From assembly GCA_000146045.2 (NCBI GenBank), contig BK006944.2, positions 192,001 through 256,000 of the forward strand: 64,000 bases of DNA, in the 5' to 3' direction. The number at the start of each line of letters is the position of its first letter. The first letter of the stretch is position 1. The notes below the pieces were generated by a model. The model was not told the DNA's origin. It saw nothing but the letters and a program-made list of their open reading frames with translations, and made no database searches. The DNA is from TPA_inf: Saccharomyces. Taxonomy: Eukaryota. The position numbers were made by a program, and so were the translations under genes. This document shows, one piece after another, positions 1 to 13,706 of the stretch.

Positions 1-1070
1 AAAGGTTCTGATTTTTTGTACGGTTCATTATCAATAGCGTATAGACTTCCTTCGAACTTCTCTGAATTTAGATAAAAAATCGACCCGAGCTCTGCCTGGG
101 CAAGCAAGATGTCGTCCAGAGGACTATCCGCTAGTAACATCCATTCTAGTGTTGTTATTTTGCTATTCAAGGCCCCAGAAAGATTACTCCGATTGAGACA
201 GTAACGAGTATATAAATCTCTTGCAGTCAGAAGTTCTTTCATGAAAACGCATTGTTCGCTTTCAGGTTCCTTTATCTTCAACTCCTGTTTTCTTTTAGAG
301 TTTAAATGCATTTGGTAGTCAGGTTTGGATTTACCAATAAATGGTAGACCCTTGAAATTCTTCCAGTCAAGCTGTTGGTTGTTTAAAAGTTCTGATTTGG
401 AAAGAACATTTTTGAACTCCGGTGAGTTCTCCAAAAATTCTCGTTGAGCTAATAAAAGGTGCATTATCAATAACGTTGCATTAGTTTCAGAGTCTTTATT
501 TATTTCATTGAACCTTACCAAAATTTGAAGGTCTCTTTTCAACAAAAAGAATTTTCTCTTCGTTGACTTATCAGTAGTTTTGCTTAGTTCATTATAGAAC
601 TTTTTCAGCATGTCTCCATATAAAGCTGTAGCATCATTATACATATGTAATTTCTCATACATTTCTCCGATTTTGATTTCAATACCGGTATATTCATCCG
701 AAAGTAGATCCACGTTTTCGGCTTTACATTCTTCTAAAGCTTCGAGGTAGTACTCAAGGCTTTTTTGGTAGTTCGCACCTTCTTTCTTAATTTCTGAATG
801 TAACCCCTTCCTTAATATTTTAGCAACGGGTTTGGGAAAAGTATGATGTGGCCAATAAACCCACCATATGTTAAAAGCGATGAAACTTACGATGCCTGTC
901 GATAACACCCATTTCTGTAATTTGCTCCTTCTTTTGAATGGTATTCTCCAAAAACTTTGTTCCTTTAATGTAGAATAAAACTTGAAACGGTGATTGGTAA
1001 ATAAGTTGAGGTTAGTGAGCCGTTCTACGGTCCCTTCATTTTTGACTGATCTATGAAGGTATTTCCACAT
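1..1070 (-). CDS. YKL133C-like protein of unknown function (Mgr3 paralogue). N-terminal ~356 codons; C-terminus lies beyond the window start.
   Basis: My own minus-strand translation from the ATG at 1070..1068 (plus-strand CAT) runs stop-free to the window edge as MWKYLHRSVKNEGTVERLTNL... An in-frame stop lies 8 codons upstream of this ATG. Not in the supplied ORF track because it is truncated by the window edge. Position directly upstream of RMA1 fits YKL133C. Confidence 0.7.
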   Translation of the reverse strand, partial: MWKYLHRSVKNEGTVERLTNLNLFTNHRFKFYSTLKEQSFWRIPFKRRSKLQKWVLSTGIVSFIAFNIWWVYWPHHTFPKPVAKILRKGLHSEIKKEGANYQKSLEYYLEALEECKAENVDLLSDEYTGIEIKIGEMYEKLHMYNDATALYGDMLKKFYNELSKTTDKSTKRKFFLLKRDLQILVRFNEINKDSETNATLLIMHLLLAQREFLENSPEFKNVLSKSELLNNQQLDWKNFKGLPFIGKSKPDYQMHLNSKRKQELKIKEPESEQCVFMKELLTARDLYTRYCLNRSNLSGALNSKITTLEWMLLADSPLDDILLAQAELGSIFYLNSEKFEGSLYAIDNEPYKKSEP

Positions 1071-1573
1071 ACTAAATGAGCATAAATTTCTTCATTACAA
1101 TATCTTTATAATGCTGTTTTTACGTTCTCACTTTGTGCCCTTTTATATATCCTAAAGGATTTAGTTCAATTTTAGAAATTTTCGTGCGGCTGAGTATCCG
1201 CAAATCGTTCTTTGTTTGGTATGTATTACTAGTCAAGGATTATTTAATGGTATTTGTTACGAGAACCAAATTACACACAAATCTCCTCAATCGTTTTCTC
1301 ATCAAGATAAATATGAGAGAATCAATTTATAAGGTAATTGTTTTATCTATATCAGGTACAAAGTATCAAAATGTGGTCGGAAAAACTTTATAAGTAATGA
1401 ATCACTAATAACTCTTGAAAAGCTGGAATGTAATGCCATAGTTTAAAGTAAAAGTAAAGTTACATGCCGTTATAAAAGAAGGAAAATATGATATATCCCC
1501 GGATGCCCTTGGCAGACTGGTCCTCTATCAATATCGGTAATTGCATTGTAGGATATGATCATATATCTAAAAA

Positions 1574-2866
1574 CTATACTGGCAAGTGACAGTTGTGTAA
1601 GCGCAATAGCTCTTTGCAGATATACAGTGATCCACATACGATAACAGGAACAATCGTCTTTAACCCACTTGTTTCAAGGAAGGTCCAGACACTTTGAAGA
1701 TCCGGCTGCATGTTAACATTTCTCGTATACCGGTTTTTGATAAATGCGAGAAGATTCACCGGTTCTAGGGATTGGATCCACGGCATTCCAACCACTGACC
1801 CAAATCTAGTCACAATAACATAATCTTGTGGACGTATTAGCGGATCAAGTAAGGGAGACACCTTTTTCCCAGTTGTTATAGCAATGACAAATGTTAATGG
1901 CGTATCACCGTACGTGGTCCTTAAATGGCAGGCTAAATTTCGAGCTGCCTTCGCATTATTTGCGTTGTCTAATAGTAATGCGATTTTCTTTCCACTAGTA
2001 GATTCATAACAGTAATCCAAGCGATGTAAACTTCTTGGCCAATCCACAGATATTAAACCTTGGGATAGTTGATCCTTTGAAATACAAACCTTTTTTTCCT
2101 TGCTCAAAAAGTCTAAAACCGCTATCGCAACTCTCAAATTAAATATTTGATATTCTTCTTCACTGTATGGCAGGCGAACTTCAAGAGTGCCCCATGTGTC
2201 TGTGTGTACATTGTAATCCCTAAGAGAAGGGTCGGTGATTTCTAATGGACATCCAACATCATGGCACCGTTTCGTTATCGTATTTCGTACAAATTCGTCA
2301 TTAGAACCGTCTAATAGAAAAATTGCTTTATTTGTGGAACTTTCAGTAATTTGAGACAAAAACTTGCATAAAAAAGCTTCATCGCTAATGCCCACGTTAG
2401 TAATGGCGCAACAGACTCTACTTTGACCAGCAATTATACTTCCAGGGTCCTGTTTTCCAGCTAAACCAGTTTCTATTATGCACCATTGGCAATTTTTCTT
2501 AGCGAAGTATACGAGAGCTACGCTTGTTAGCAGTTCGAGGTTGTTGCACTGTAATTTCAAAGAACTATCTGCTTCTATAAGTTCCTTCTCGATCCTAGAA
2601 TACTCTATCAAGGAAATGGCTTCATTATTAATGCTAATATCCTCTTCTTTGGCGTTTAGCAAGGAAGATGTAGTATACCTACCAATCAAGACCCTTTGCC
2701 GCTGTTGCCCCGGATGCTGCAATATGGATGTCAAAAATTTAGATACTGTCTCCTTACCATTTGTTCCCGCTATATGTAGGATTGACAAACTATCTTGGGG
2801 ATTTCCCACGTGCTCCAACAAACGGTTTATTCGAGGTAAAGTTTGCCTTCCGCTTATATCATCCAT
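1574..2866 (-). CDS. RMA1: Folylpolyglutamate/dihydrofolate synthase family protein (430 aa).
   Basis: Track ORF 1574..2896 begins at a TTG. The first ATG (codon 11, plus-strand CAT at 2864..2866) gives MDDISGRQTLPRINRLLEHVGNP..., 430 aa. Mur-ligase/FPGS P-loop HIAGTNGKETV. Confidence 0.85.
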   Translation of the reverse strand: MDDISGRQTLPRINRLLEHVGNPQDSLSILHIAGTNGKETVSKFLTSILQHPGQQRQRVLIGRYTTSSLLNAKEEDISINNEAISLIEYSRIEKELIEADSSLKLQCNNLELLTSVALVYFAKKNCQWCIIETGLAGKQDPGSIIAGQSRVCCAITNVGISDEAFLCKFLSQITESSTNKAIFLLDGSNDEFVRNTITKRCHDVGCPLEITDPSLRDYNVHTDTWGTLEVRLPYSEEEYQIFNLRVAIAVLDFLSKEKKVCISKDQLSQGLISVDWPRSLHRLDYCYESTSGKKIALLLDNANNAKAARNLACHLRTTYGDTPLTFVIAITTGKKVSPLLDPLIRPQDYVIVTRFGSVVGMPWIQSLEPVNLLAFIKNRYTRNVNMQPDLQSVWTFLETSGLKTIVPVIVCGSLYICKELLRLHNCHLPV

Positions 2867-2943
2867 CTGCTTCTTATGTAATCTGTTGCCGGCCAAACGA
2901 GCAATATTATTCTATATCAAAATCGTCAGGAAACTGGTCGACT

Positions 2944-2950
2944 TGACTCA
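2944..2950. promoter_or_regulatory. Gcn4/AP-1-type TGACTCA element 78 bp upstream of the RMA1 ATG.
   Basis: acttgactcaagt at 2941..2953. Confidence 0.3.
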
Positions 2951-3287
2951 AGTTTCATTAAGACAAGAATATAAATTTAAAAAATCATTATTGACCTAAA
3001 TTGGGGTCCCTCCCACATCAGAGGAGGCTTCATTTTAGGCTATAGTTCCTCATATTTTTTTTCCTTGGCACACCTGCCATTCTCCTTTGCATACCTATTG
3101 TATCAAAAAGTGAGAAAAAAACAGCGCGGTTTGAGATGCTGAAAATGAGTACGCCAGAATAAGAGCCGATCATCAGTGTTTTGAAAGCTTACTTTCTGTG
3201 CTATGTGATGAGGCTATTCATGTATATATATATGTTCTATTAACTAGTGGTACTTATTTGCTCTTTTTGAGCTAAAAACTGAAGGCC

Positions 3288-4028
3288 TCAGTTTTTCAAT
3301 TTACCAAATTTGTCATGCCATTTAGTAGCGACAACATCAAATTCTTCGTCCAAGGCGCTCAGCTTACCATCTAAAATGGAGTGCCACGCAGCTGACAAGG
3401 TCTGAAATTCTTCTTCGGAGTTGACAGGAAGAATCTCCTGCAAGAAGATATTATCAGTTTCTCCGATATTCGTTCCGTCCTCATCTGCGCATTTAATGGC
3501 AAATTGAACAACTTCTAAATCTAGCAGGTTGCTGCCTATACGCAAAGACTCAATCATCCATTGAGAAAATTTCACGAAATGATTGTAGGTATCGTCAATG
3601 GCTAATATGGACTCTGCTGTTAGCGTTAGGTCCTCGTTCAAAGTTTTAGATAAAATTTCCTTTTGTAATGACTGCGTTAGATAATAGTTCAGTAAGTCAA
3701 ACGTTTCAACACATTTAACAAACATTGAAGCTATTGGTAAAATTACCTTGTCAAACGAATCCGCCTCTGGGTCTAATTCGTTTTTACCTTCATTGATAAA
3801 CTCTGATGCATTATAGCTTAACACACAATCGTTGTAAAATCTCAATTTCTTAACAAATTTAATCAAAGTAGTTCTCTCGAATCGTAGCGTAGCTACCCTT
3901 CGCAAATGACTGATGAACTTGTTCAGCACGTGAATATAAGATGAGAGATACCGGGAGAGTAAGGCGAGTATTTGTTCAACTAATTCACAAGTTCCAGGAG
4001 TGACTTTGATATCTTTGTCTTTGCTCAT
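3288..4028 (-). CDS. SHE2: She2 RNA-binding protein (ASH1 mRNA localisation), 246 aa.
   Basis: Track ORF begins at a TTG (4133). The first ATG is at 4028..4026 and gives MSKDKDIKVTPGTCELVEQILALLSRY..., the recognisable She2 N-terminus. Confidence 0.9.
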   Translation of the reverse strand: MSKDKDIKVTPGTCELVEQILALLSRYLSSYIHVLNKFISHLRRVATLRFERTTLIKFVKKLRFYNDCVLSYNASEFINEGKNELDPEADSFDKVILPIASMFVKCVETFDLLNYYLTQSLQKEILSKTLNEDLTLTAESILAIDDTYNHFVKFSQWMIESLRIGSNLLDLEVVQFAIKCADEDGTNIGETDNIFLQEILPVNSEEEFQTLSAAWHSILDGKLSALDEEFDVVATKWHDKFGKLKN

Positions 4029-4211
4029 TTTTAAGTGTCTGGTATTATGCAAAAGGAAAATTAAGGAGGGTTTACTGTGCTTTCTCTTTTTTTGAGAAAA
4101 ATGTCTTGAGTAAAGTGAGGATTTTACTGTCAAATCTTTAAAGCTTGTTTTGAACGATGTCCTGCATTAAAGTGGGAGTTTTTCAAAACGGGAAAATACA
4201 AACAAAAAATG

Positions 4212-4228
4212 AAAAAAAAAAAAAAAAA
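4212..4228. promoter_or_regulatory. Poly(dA:dT) tract (A17) in the SHE2 promoter / MYO3 3' region.
   Basis: gaaaaaaaaaaaaaaaaagg. Confidence 0.5.
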
Positions 4229-4348
4229 GGGACTTTAACTTTCTGCGAGAGTATGTTTAAAAGTATATGTAATGCACTTTTGGTATGTTAAGAGGCATGC
4301 ACGAAGAACCATTCTATAAGAGACTAAACATCTATATATTCATGTTAA

Positions 4349-8173
<3,825 letters not shown>

Positions 8174-8883
8174 TTATAAGTATTTCTCTTTACTTTTTTT
8201 GATTCAAATGTGATCAGCAAATTAATGTTTTATAACTGGATTGTTGTTAATTTGCTCGCGGTCAATTGAATCGAGATTGCTTTAACCCTTTATAATAGAT
8301 TACTCTATATTTACTTGTCACAGCAAACGGTTTCCTTTTTCGGTAAAGCTCTTCCCGAGGTTTATTATATAAATGCAAATCGATCAGTTTACCTTTAGTT
8401 AGAAAAGCGATGGAGCTAGCATCTTGCTACTATATAATAGTTGTTCAAGATCGTAGGTCTGCCTGCCGAGTGATTAGGGGAGGCTACTGAAGTTTGTTTT
8501 AATGTACCGGTTACATTTTCTTGTACGAAAGTATATGAAGGGGGCTTATTACTTCCAAGCCTATATTTTCTGTGGCATCGATTAGTATAGTATAAAAGAG
8601 GGAGTGGACATAGCGGTGAAAACTATACAAGAATAAAAAAGGAACTAAGAACCCTTTGCATTCATATAATTTCACATATGCATTTTTTATTTTATACTCA
8701 AATGTATGTTCTCACCTAGCTTGAGAAAGCGATGATCAAAGTGAAAGGTTCAACCATTTCTCAAAGTGCTTAACACATTATTTGAAAAGAAAGGGTTTTA
8801 TTCCATCCACTCTATTATATCTATAAAAAATTATTTAAATTACCCACATATTTGAAAGTCCCGAATGGGCGCTGTGGGAAAAT

Positions 8884-9771
8884 TCAGAGCCTGCCGCGAT
8901 CGGCCGTGTTGACTGGTACTTCCACGACGACAGCGACGACTTTACCTGTGTCCAGGTTATAAATTGGAGGATGCTGTAAGTTTCTCAAGACACTTTGAAT
9001 GACACCTGAGTGACAAGTAAGCGAGATGAATTTTTCTTCGCTTGACAATTGATTAAATAGTTCAAATAATCCATTCAGTGTACGTTTGTCCATTTCAGCA
9101 CACGTTTCTCTATGATCAGGAAGCCACAATTCATCATCTTCTGGGTAATCTGGTACATATTGCCAATGTACAGTGTGGCCCGATTCCGTGCTGAAATCCT
9201 GGTATTCGTCAACTGCCATTGAGTGAGCCACTCTTTTGTCACAAGTGTGAGAGCCCAACGTCTCCCTTAGACCTTCTATAATGCGTGTAGAAATTTTAGT
9301 TCCGGCCGGTAATTCTTGCGTCTCCGCTAACACTGGTGTCCACGACTCAATGAATGTTTCGAGACATCTTCTCATTGGAGAACTGAAAAACACATGAGGT
9401 AGCATACCTAATTGCTTTGCCATTGGTAGCAAGACATTCGATCCTGTTCTTCTAACTTGATCTTTACCCAGAGGTGTCAGTTTAGAGTCAAGCCACTCTC
9501 CATGTTCATCGCCCGAAAGCAACGACCAATAGGCGTCCCATTTCTCCATACCGTACCTCAGTATGGCAGCATTGTGGTAACCTTGACCATGCCTAGCTAA
9601 AATCAACAGCTTATAGTGGCGATTTTTGGTATTTCTAGGGATAGCATGATACAGTTCCTTCCAATTCTTATGGTTAATCAATTCTAAGTGATCATATTTC
9701 GTGGAGTCTAATCCTTGAAAACCCTCACTTGGATATGCAGCAAAATATCCTGGGACTGCTCTGAGTGACAT
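8884..9771 (-). CDS. PMU1: Histidine-phosphatase (phosphoglycerate mutase-like) family protein, 295 aa.
   Basis: ATG confirmed (CAT 9769..9771). RHG catalytic motif LARHGQGYHN. Confidence 0.85.
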   Translation of the reverse strand: MSLRAVPGYFAAYPSEGFQGLDSTKYDHLELINHKNWKELYHAIPRNTKNRHYKLLILARHGQGYHNAAILRYGMEKWDAYWSLLSGDEHGEWLDSKLTPLGKDQVRRTGSNVLLPMAKQLGMLPHVFFSSPMRRCLETFIESWTPVLAETQELPAGTKISTRIIEGLRETLGSHTCDKRVAHSMAVDEYQDFSTESGHTVHWQYVPDYPEDDELWLPDHRETCAEMDKRTLNGLFELFNQLSSEEKFISLTCHSGVIQSVLRNLQHPPIYNLDTGKVVAVVVEVPVNTADRGRL

Positions 9772-10114
9772 TGTTGAATAACTGTTGGTGATTTCACGCA
9801 GCAGAGTCTTGGAAAGAAATCGTTAAATAACATACAAATCTCTCGAGGGTTTTTTTTTGCAAATGACACTTTTTACTTTTTCCAGTACTAGCTAGCACCC
9901 GAAAAATTAACTTGACTCGCACATGCCTGCTGGGTCATATCCGAATCTGCAAGAAATTAGGATTACAAATATTTATTCAAACGTTGCACAACCACGCAAT
10001 AGAAGATAATATCTGTAAATTTTAATCGCTTTCATCTGAAAACACTGAGCCTCTTCTTAATTTTCACGGACTTTTTCGCAGCCCAGGTTTGACCGGCTAA
10101 GTACGAACCTCTTT

Positions 10115-10440
10115 TGTTTGGAATAAGAGTTTGGTATTAATCAATTGTTGGTACAAAAGATTAATAGTATTACTTGTGTTTTCAGAATATAATTGTCCGT
10201 GAGCGTCCTAACTGTCATCGAGTTTATAGGAAGCTAATTAGTAAGGACTGACCATGCAAACCCAGCAATGAATGAAAGGATATAAACGAGGGAAGAAATG
10301 GTAGCAGTATTAAGTAAAATTGTCCATTTCCCCTCGTGAAATTATCCAAAACGCGGCAGAAGAACTTTTAAGTTATCTACTGTACATAGTGTTATTGTCC
10401 TCACGTGAATTGAATTGAAACTTTTTCAGAACATTATCGC
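10115..10440 (+). mobile_element. Degenerate solo delta (Ty1/Ty2-type LTR) relic.
   Basis: Starts tgtttggaataagag (compare delta TGTTGGAATAAAAAT). Internal patches align with delta: gtcatcgagtttataggaagct, caatgaat...taaacgag, gaagaacttttaagttatctactgtacatagtgttattg. Divergence is heavy. Match is from my recollection of the delta consensus. Confidence 0.4.
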
Positions 10441-10554
10441 TGAACTATAAATGAAATTTTGTAATGATTGTTCTGATCCCATCTTACTAAAAGCATTATT
10501 GTGAAGTATAAAATACAATAAATTTCTTCTCAAAAAAACTTGCCGTACATGATA

Positions 10555-10640
10555 TGGAGAAATAGGTGAATTTAGGGATAGTAGTTATTATAATGAGCCT
10601 ATTATAGAGAATCTATTATCGATTTCTAACGGTCGTATCA
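10555..10640 (-). mobile_element. Truncated delta LTR fragment (3' end of delta, reverse orientation).
   Basis: tggagaaataggtgaat matches the reverse complement of the delta terminus TGAGAAATGGGTGAAT. Similarity decays toward the adjacent sigma. Confidence 0.35.
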
Positions 10641-10643
10641 ATC

Positions 10644-10983
10644 TGTTGTATTACGGGCTCGAGTAATACCGGAGTGTCTTGACAATCCTAATATAAACAG
10701 TCTTAGGGAAGTAACCAGTTGTCAAAACAGTTTATCAGATTAATTCACGGAATGTTACTTATCTTATATATTATATAAAATATGAATCATACTAAGTGGT
10801 GGAAGCGCGGAATCTCGGATCTAAACTAATTGTTCAGGCATTTATACTTTGGGTAGTTCAGCTAGGGAAGGTCGGGTTTTGTCTCATGTTGTTCGTTTTG
10901 TTATAAGGTTGTTTCATATGTGTTTTATGAACGTTCAGGGTGACGTATTGTCATACTGACATATCTCATTTTGAGATACAACA
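10644..10983 (-). mobile_element. Solo sigma element (Ty3 LTR), full length 340 bp.
   Basis: Reverse complement reads TGTTGTATCTCAAAATGAGATATGTCAGTATGACAATACGTCACCCTGAACG...CTCGAGCCCGTAATACAACA with 8-bp terminal inverted repeats TGTTGTAT/ATACAACA. Flanked by a perfect 5-bp direct repeat CAATC (10639..10643 and 10984..10988). It ends 15 bp before tRNA-Lys +1, the classical Ty3 integration position. Confidence 0.85.
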
Positions 10984-10998
10984 CAATCACGTTTAAAA

Positions 10999-11071
10999 GC
11001 CTTGTTGGCGCAATCGGTAGCGCGTATGACTCTTAATCATAAGGTTAGGGGTTCGAGCCCCCTACAGGGCT
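10999..11071 (+). tRNA. tK(CUU): tRNA-Lys, anticodon CUU.
   Basis: GCCTTGTTGGCGCAATCGGTAGCGCGTATGACTCTTAATCATAAGGTTAGGGGTTCGAGCCCCCTACAGGGCT. The 7-bp acceptor stem pairs. Anticodon loop is CT-CTT-AA. B box GGTTCGAGCCC. Pol III T-rich terminator follows directly (tttcttttta). Confidence 0.95.
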
Positions 11072-11540
11072 TTCTTTTTAAAACAGGATGCTAAAGCCGA
11101 CACCGTTCAAACACAAGTGGCAGCTTTTCTCGAGAACAGCAATGCCCACAGTTTTATTTACAATTTTACACTATTGACGTGGAGATTTTTTTATCCCGCA
11201 TATGACCTAGTAGAGGATCTCTGTCTTCCCCTGATAAATGTCAAATGTATGACGTTACCACAATTGTATCACGGTGGTTTCAGTCTGTCATGAGGAATAA
11301 GGGCATTCAGTACCGACAATGCTATACTTGTAAATAGAAAAATGATGTTCTAAAATCGGCATTCTCGCTATTTGAGATTTTGTCTTTTTTTACCTGGTAT
11401 TTCGCGTTTATATTACGGATGCAAGAAAAGGAGAAGGGCGCATCACATCGATTTTGGTCTACCTATAAACATTCTCTCTCTCATCCACTTTCGGTTCAAT
11501 AGTGCAAAAATAGGTAACTAACAACTCAATTGAATAGTAA

Positions 11541-13253
11541 ATGTCACTTCTAATAGATTCTGTACCAACAGTTGCTTATAAGGACCAAAAACCGGGTACT
11601 TCAGGTTTACGTAAGAAGACCAAGGTTTTCATGGATGAGCCTCATTATACTGAGAACTTCATTCAAGCAACAATGCAATCTATCCCTAATGGCTCAGAGG
11701 GAACCACTTTAGTTGTTGGAGGAGATGGTCGTTTCTACAACGATGTTATCATGAACAAGATTGCCGCAGTAGGTGCTGCAAACGGTGTCAGAAAGTTAGT
11801 CATTGGTCAAGGCGGTTTACTTTCAACACCAGCTGCTTCTCATATAATTAGAACATACGAGGAAAAGTGTACCGGTGGTGGTATCATATTAACTGCCTCA
11901 CACAACCCAGGCGGTCCAGAGAATGATTTAGGTATCAAGTATAATTTACCTAATGGTGGGCCAGCTCCAGAGAGTGTCACTAACGCTATCTGGGAAGCGT
12001 CTAAAAAATTAACTCACTATAAAATTATAAAGAACTTCCCCAAGTTGAATTTGAACAAGCTTGGTAAAAACCAAAAATATGGCCCATTGTTAGTGGACAT
12101 AATTGATCCTGCCAAAGCATACGTTCAATTTCTGAAGGAAATTTTTGATTTTGACTTAATTAAAAGCTTCTTAGCGAAACAGCGCAAAGACAAAGGGTGG
12201 AAGTTGTTGTTTGACTCCTTAAATGGTATTACAGGACCATATGGTAAGGCTATATTTGTTGATGAATTTGGTTTACCGGCAGAGGAAGTTCTTCAAAATT
12301 GGCACCCTTTACCTGATTTCGGCGGTTTACATCCCGATCCGAATCTAACCTATGCACGAACTCTTGTTGACAGGGTTGACCGCGAAAAAATTGCCTTTGG
12401 AGCAGCCTCCGATGGTGATGGTGATAGGAATATGATTTACGGTTATGGCCCTGCTTTCGTTTCGCCAGGTGATTCTGTTGCCATTATTGCCGAATATGCA
12501 CCCGAAATTCCATACTTCGCCAAACAAGGTATTTATGGCTTGGCACGTTCATTTCCTACATCCTCAGCCATTGATCGTGTTGCAGCAAAAAAGGGATTAA
12601 GATGTTACGAAGTTCCAACCGGCTGGAAATTCTTCTGTGCCTTATTTGATGCTAAAAAGCTATCAATCTGTGGTGAAGAATCCTTCGGTACAGGTTCCAA
12701 TCATATCAGAGAAAAGGACGGTCTATGGGCCATTATTGCTTGGTTAAATATCTTGGCTATCTACCATAGGCGTAACCCTGAAAAGGAAGCTTCGATCAAA
12801 ACTATTCAGGACGAATTTTGGAACGAGTATGGCCGTACTTTCTTCACAAGATACGATTACGAACATATCGAATGCGAGCAGGCCGAAAAAGTTGTAGCTC
12901 TTTTGAGTGAATTTGTATCAAGGCCAAACGTTTGTGGCTCCCACTTCCCAGCTGATGAGTCTTTAACCGTTATCGATTGTGGTGATTTTTCGTATAGAGA
13001 TCTAGATGGCTCCATCTCTGAAAATCAAGGCCTTTTCGTAAAGTTTTCGAATGGGACTAAATTTGTTTTGAGGTTATCCGGCACAGGCAGTTCTGGTGCA
13101 ACAATAAGATTATACGTAGAAAAGTATACTGATAAAAAGGAGAACTATGGCCAAACAGCTGACGTCTTCTTGAAACCCGTCATCAACTCCATTGTAAAAT
13201 TCTTAAGATTTAAAGAAATTTTAGGAACAGACGAACCAACAGTCCGCACATAG
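11541..13253 (+). CDS. PGM1: Phosphoglucomutase (minor isoform), 570 aa.
   Basis: ATG at 11541. Active-site phosphoserine loop TASHNPGG, metal-binding DGDGDR, sugar-binding GEESFG. Confidence 0.92.
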   Translation: MSLLIDSVPTVAYKDQKPGTSGLRKKTKVFMDEPHYTENFIQATMQSIPNGSEGTTLVVGGDGRFYNDVIMNKIAAVGAANGVRKLVIGQGGLLSTPAASHIIRTYEEKCTGGGIILTASHNPGGPENDLGIKYNLPNGGPAPESVTNAIWEASKKLTHYKIIKNFPKLNLNKLGKNQKYGPLLVDIIDPAKAYVQFLKEIFDFDLIKSFLAKQRKDKGWKLLFDSLNGITGPYGKAIFVDEFGLPAEEVLQNWHPLPDFGGLHPDPNLTYARTLVDRVDREKIAFGAASDGDGDRNMIYGYGPAFVSPGDSVAIIAEYAPEIPYFAKQGIYGLARSFPTSSAIDRVAAKKGLRCYEVPTGWKFFCALFDAKKLSICGEESFGTGSNHIREKDGLWAIIAWLNILAIYHRRNPEKEASIKTIQDEFWNEYGRTFFTRYDYEHIECEQAEKVVALLSEFVSRPNVCGSHFPADESLTVIDCGDFSYRDLDGSISENQGLFVKFSNGTKFVLRLSGTGSSGATIRLYVEKYTDKKENYGQTADVFLKPVINSIVKFLRFKEILGTDEPTVRT

Positions 13254-13396
13254 AATTATTGGTCTTGAACAAGCACTAATTTTCCAAAGATGTTTTAACT
13301 GATCTTAATTTATATGTAGAGGATATATGTAGTATATCTATTTTTTGCTGATTGACTTATCAATTAGCTTCATAATACAACATTGTTTTTGTTTTT

Positions 13397-13409
13397 CGTT
13401 ACTCGCGAC
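13397..13409. promoter_or_regulatory. Abf1 consensus site (CGTNNNNNRYGAY) between PGM1 and YPK1.
   Basis: cgt-tactc-gcgac at 13397..13409. An inverted repeat cgcggc-aga-gccgcg follows at 13416..13430. Confidence 0.4.
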
Positions 13410-13706
13410 TTTCTTCGCGGCAGAGCCGCGCTACAGGAAAACAAGATCAAAACATGCCCCTATTGGAAGGCTTAAAAAATGCTTATCCCGAACGAGCCAA
13501 CGGTAATCAACACTATCGTCATACCAACAACAGTTGAGTTATTTTTCGCTCCCATACTTTTTAGAATTGGTTTGTTTGTGTTTGGTTAAATTTCAAAGCC
13601 TTTATATTCTTTGATATAGATTACTCTACAATTTCTTTGTATACAGCGGGAAATTGACACTTCAAAGTTCCTCTCATATCAACAAACATTAATACAGTTC
13701 CTGAAA

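Noticed and set aside
2867-2896. N-terminal extensions implied by the ORF track for RMA1 (to 2896), SHE2 (to 4133), RRN3 (from 16223), SRP21 (to 21076), VPH2 (to 27241), KTI12 (to 37913), HAP4 (from 40179), AAT1 (from 45497) and UTP11 (63998).
   Set aside because: In each case the track's first M is a TTG or GTG codon on inspection of the DNA, not ATG. The first in-frame ATG gives the length and N-terminus I recognise for the known protein.
2478-2999. 173-aa plus-strand ORF antisense to RMA1. Similar antisense or overlapping ORFs: 4665..5171, 4744..5076, 14986..15297, 23647..23832, 24157..24570, 34834..35340, 36464..36799, 43406..43810, 44549..44857, 48604..48951, 54902..55159.
   Set aside because: All lie wholly inside, and antisense or out of frame to, strongly supported genes. 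Several are low-complexity mirror images of coding repeats. No independent motif support.
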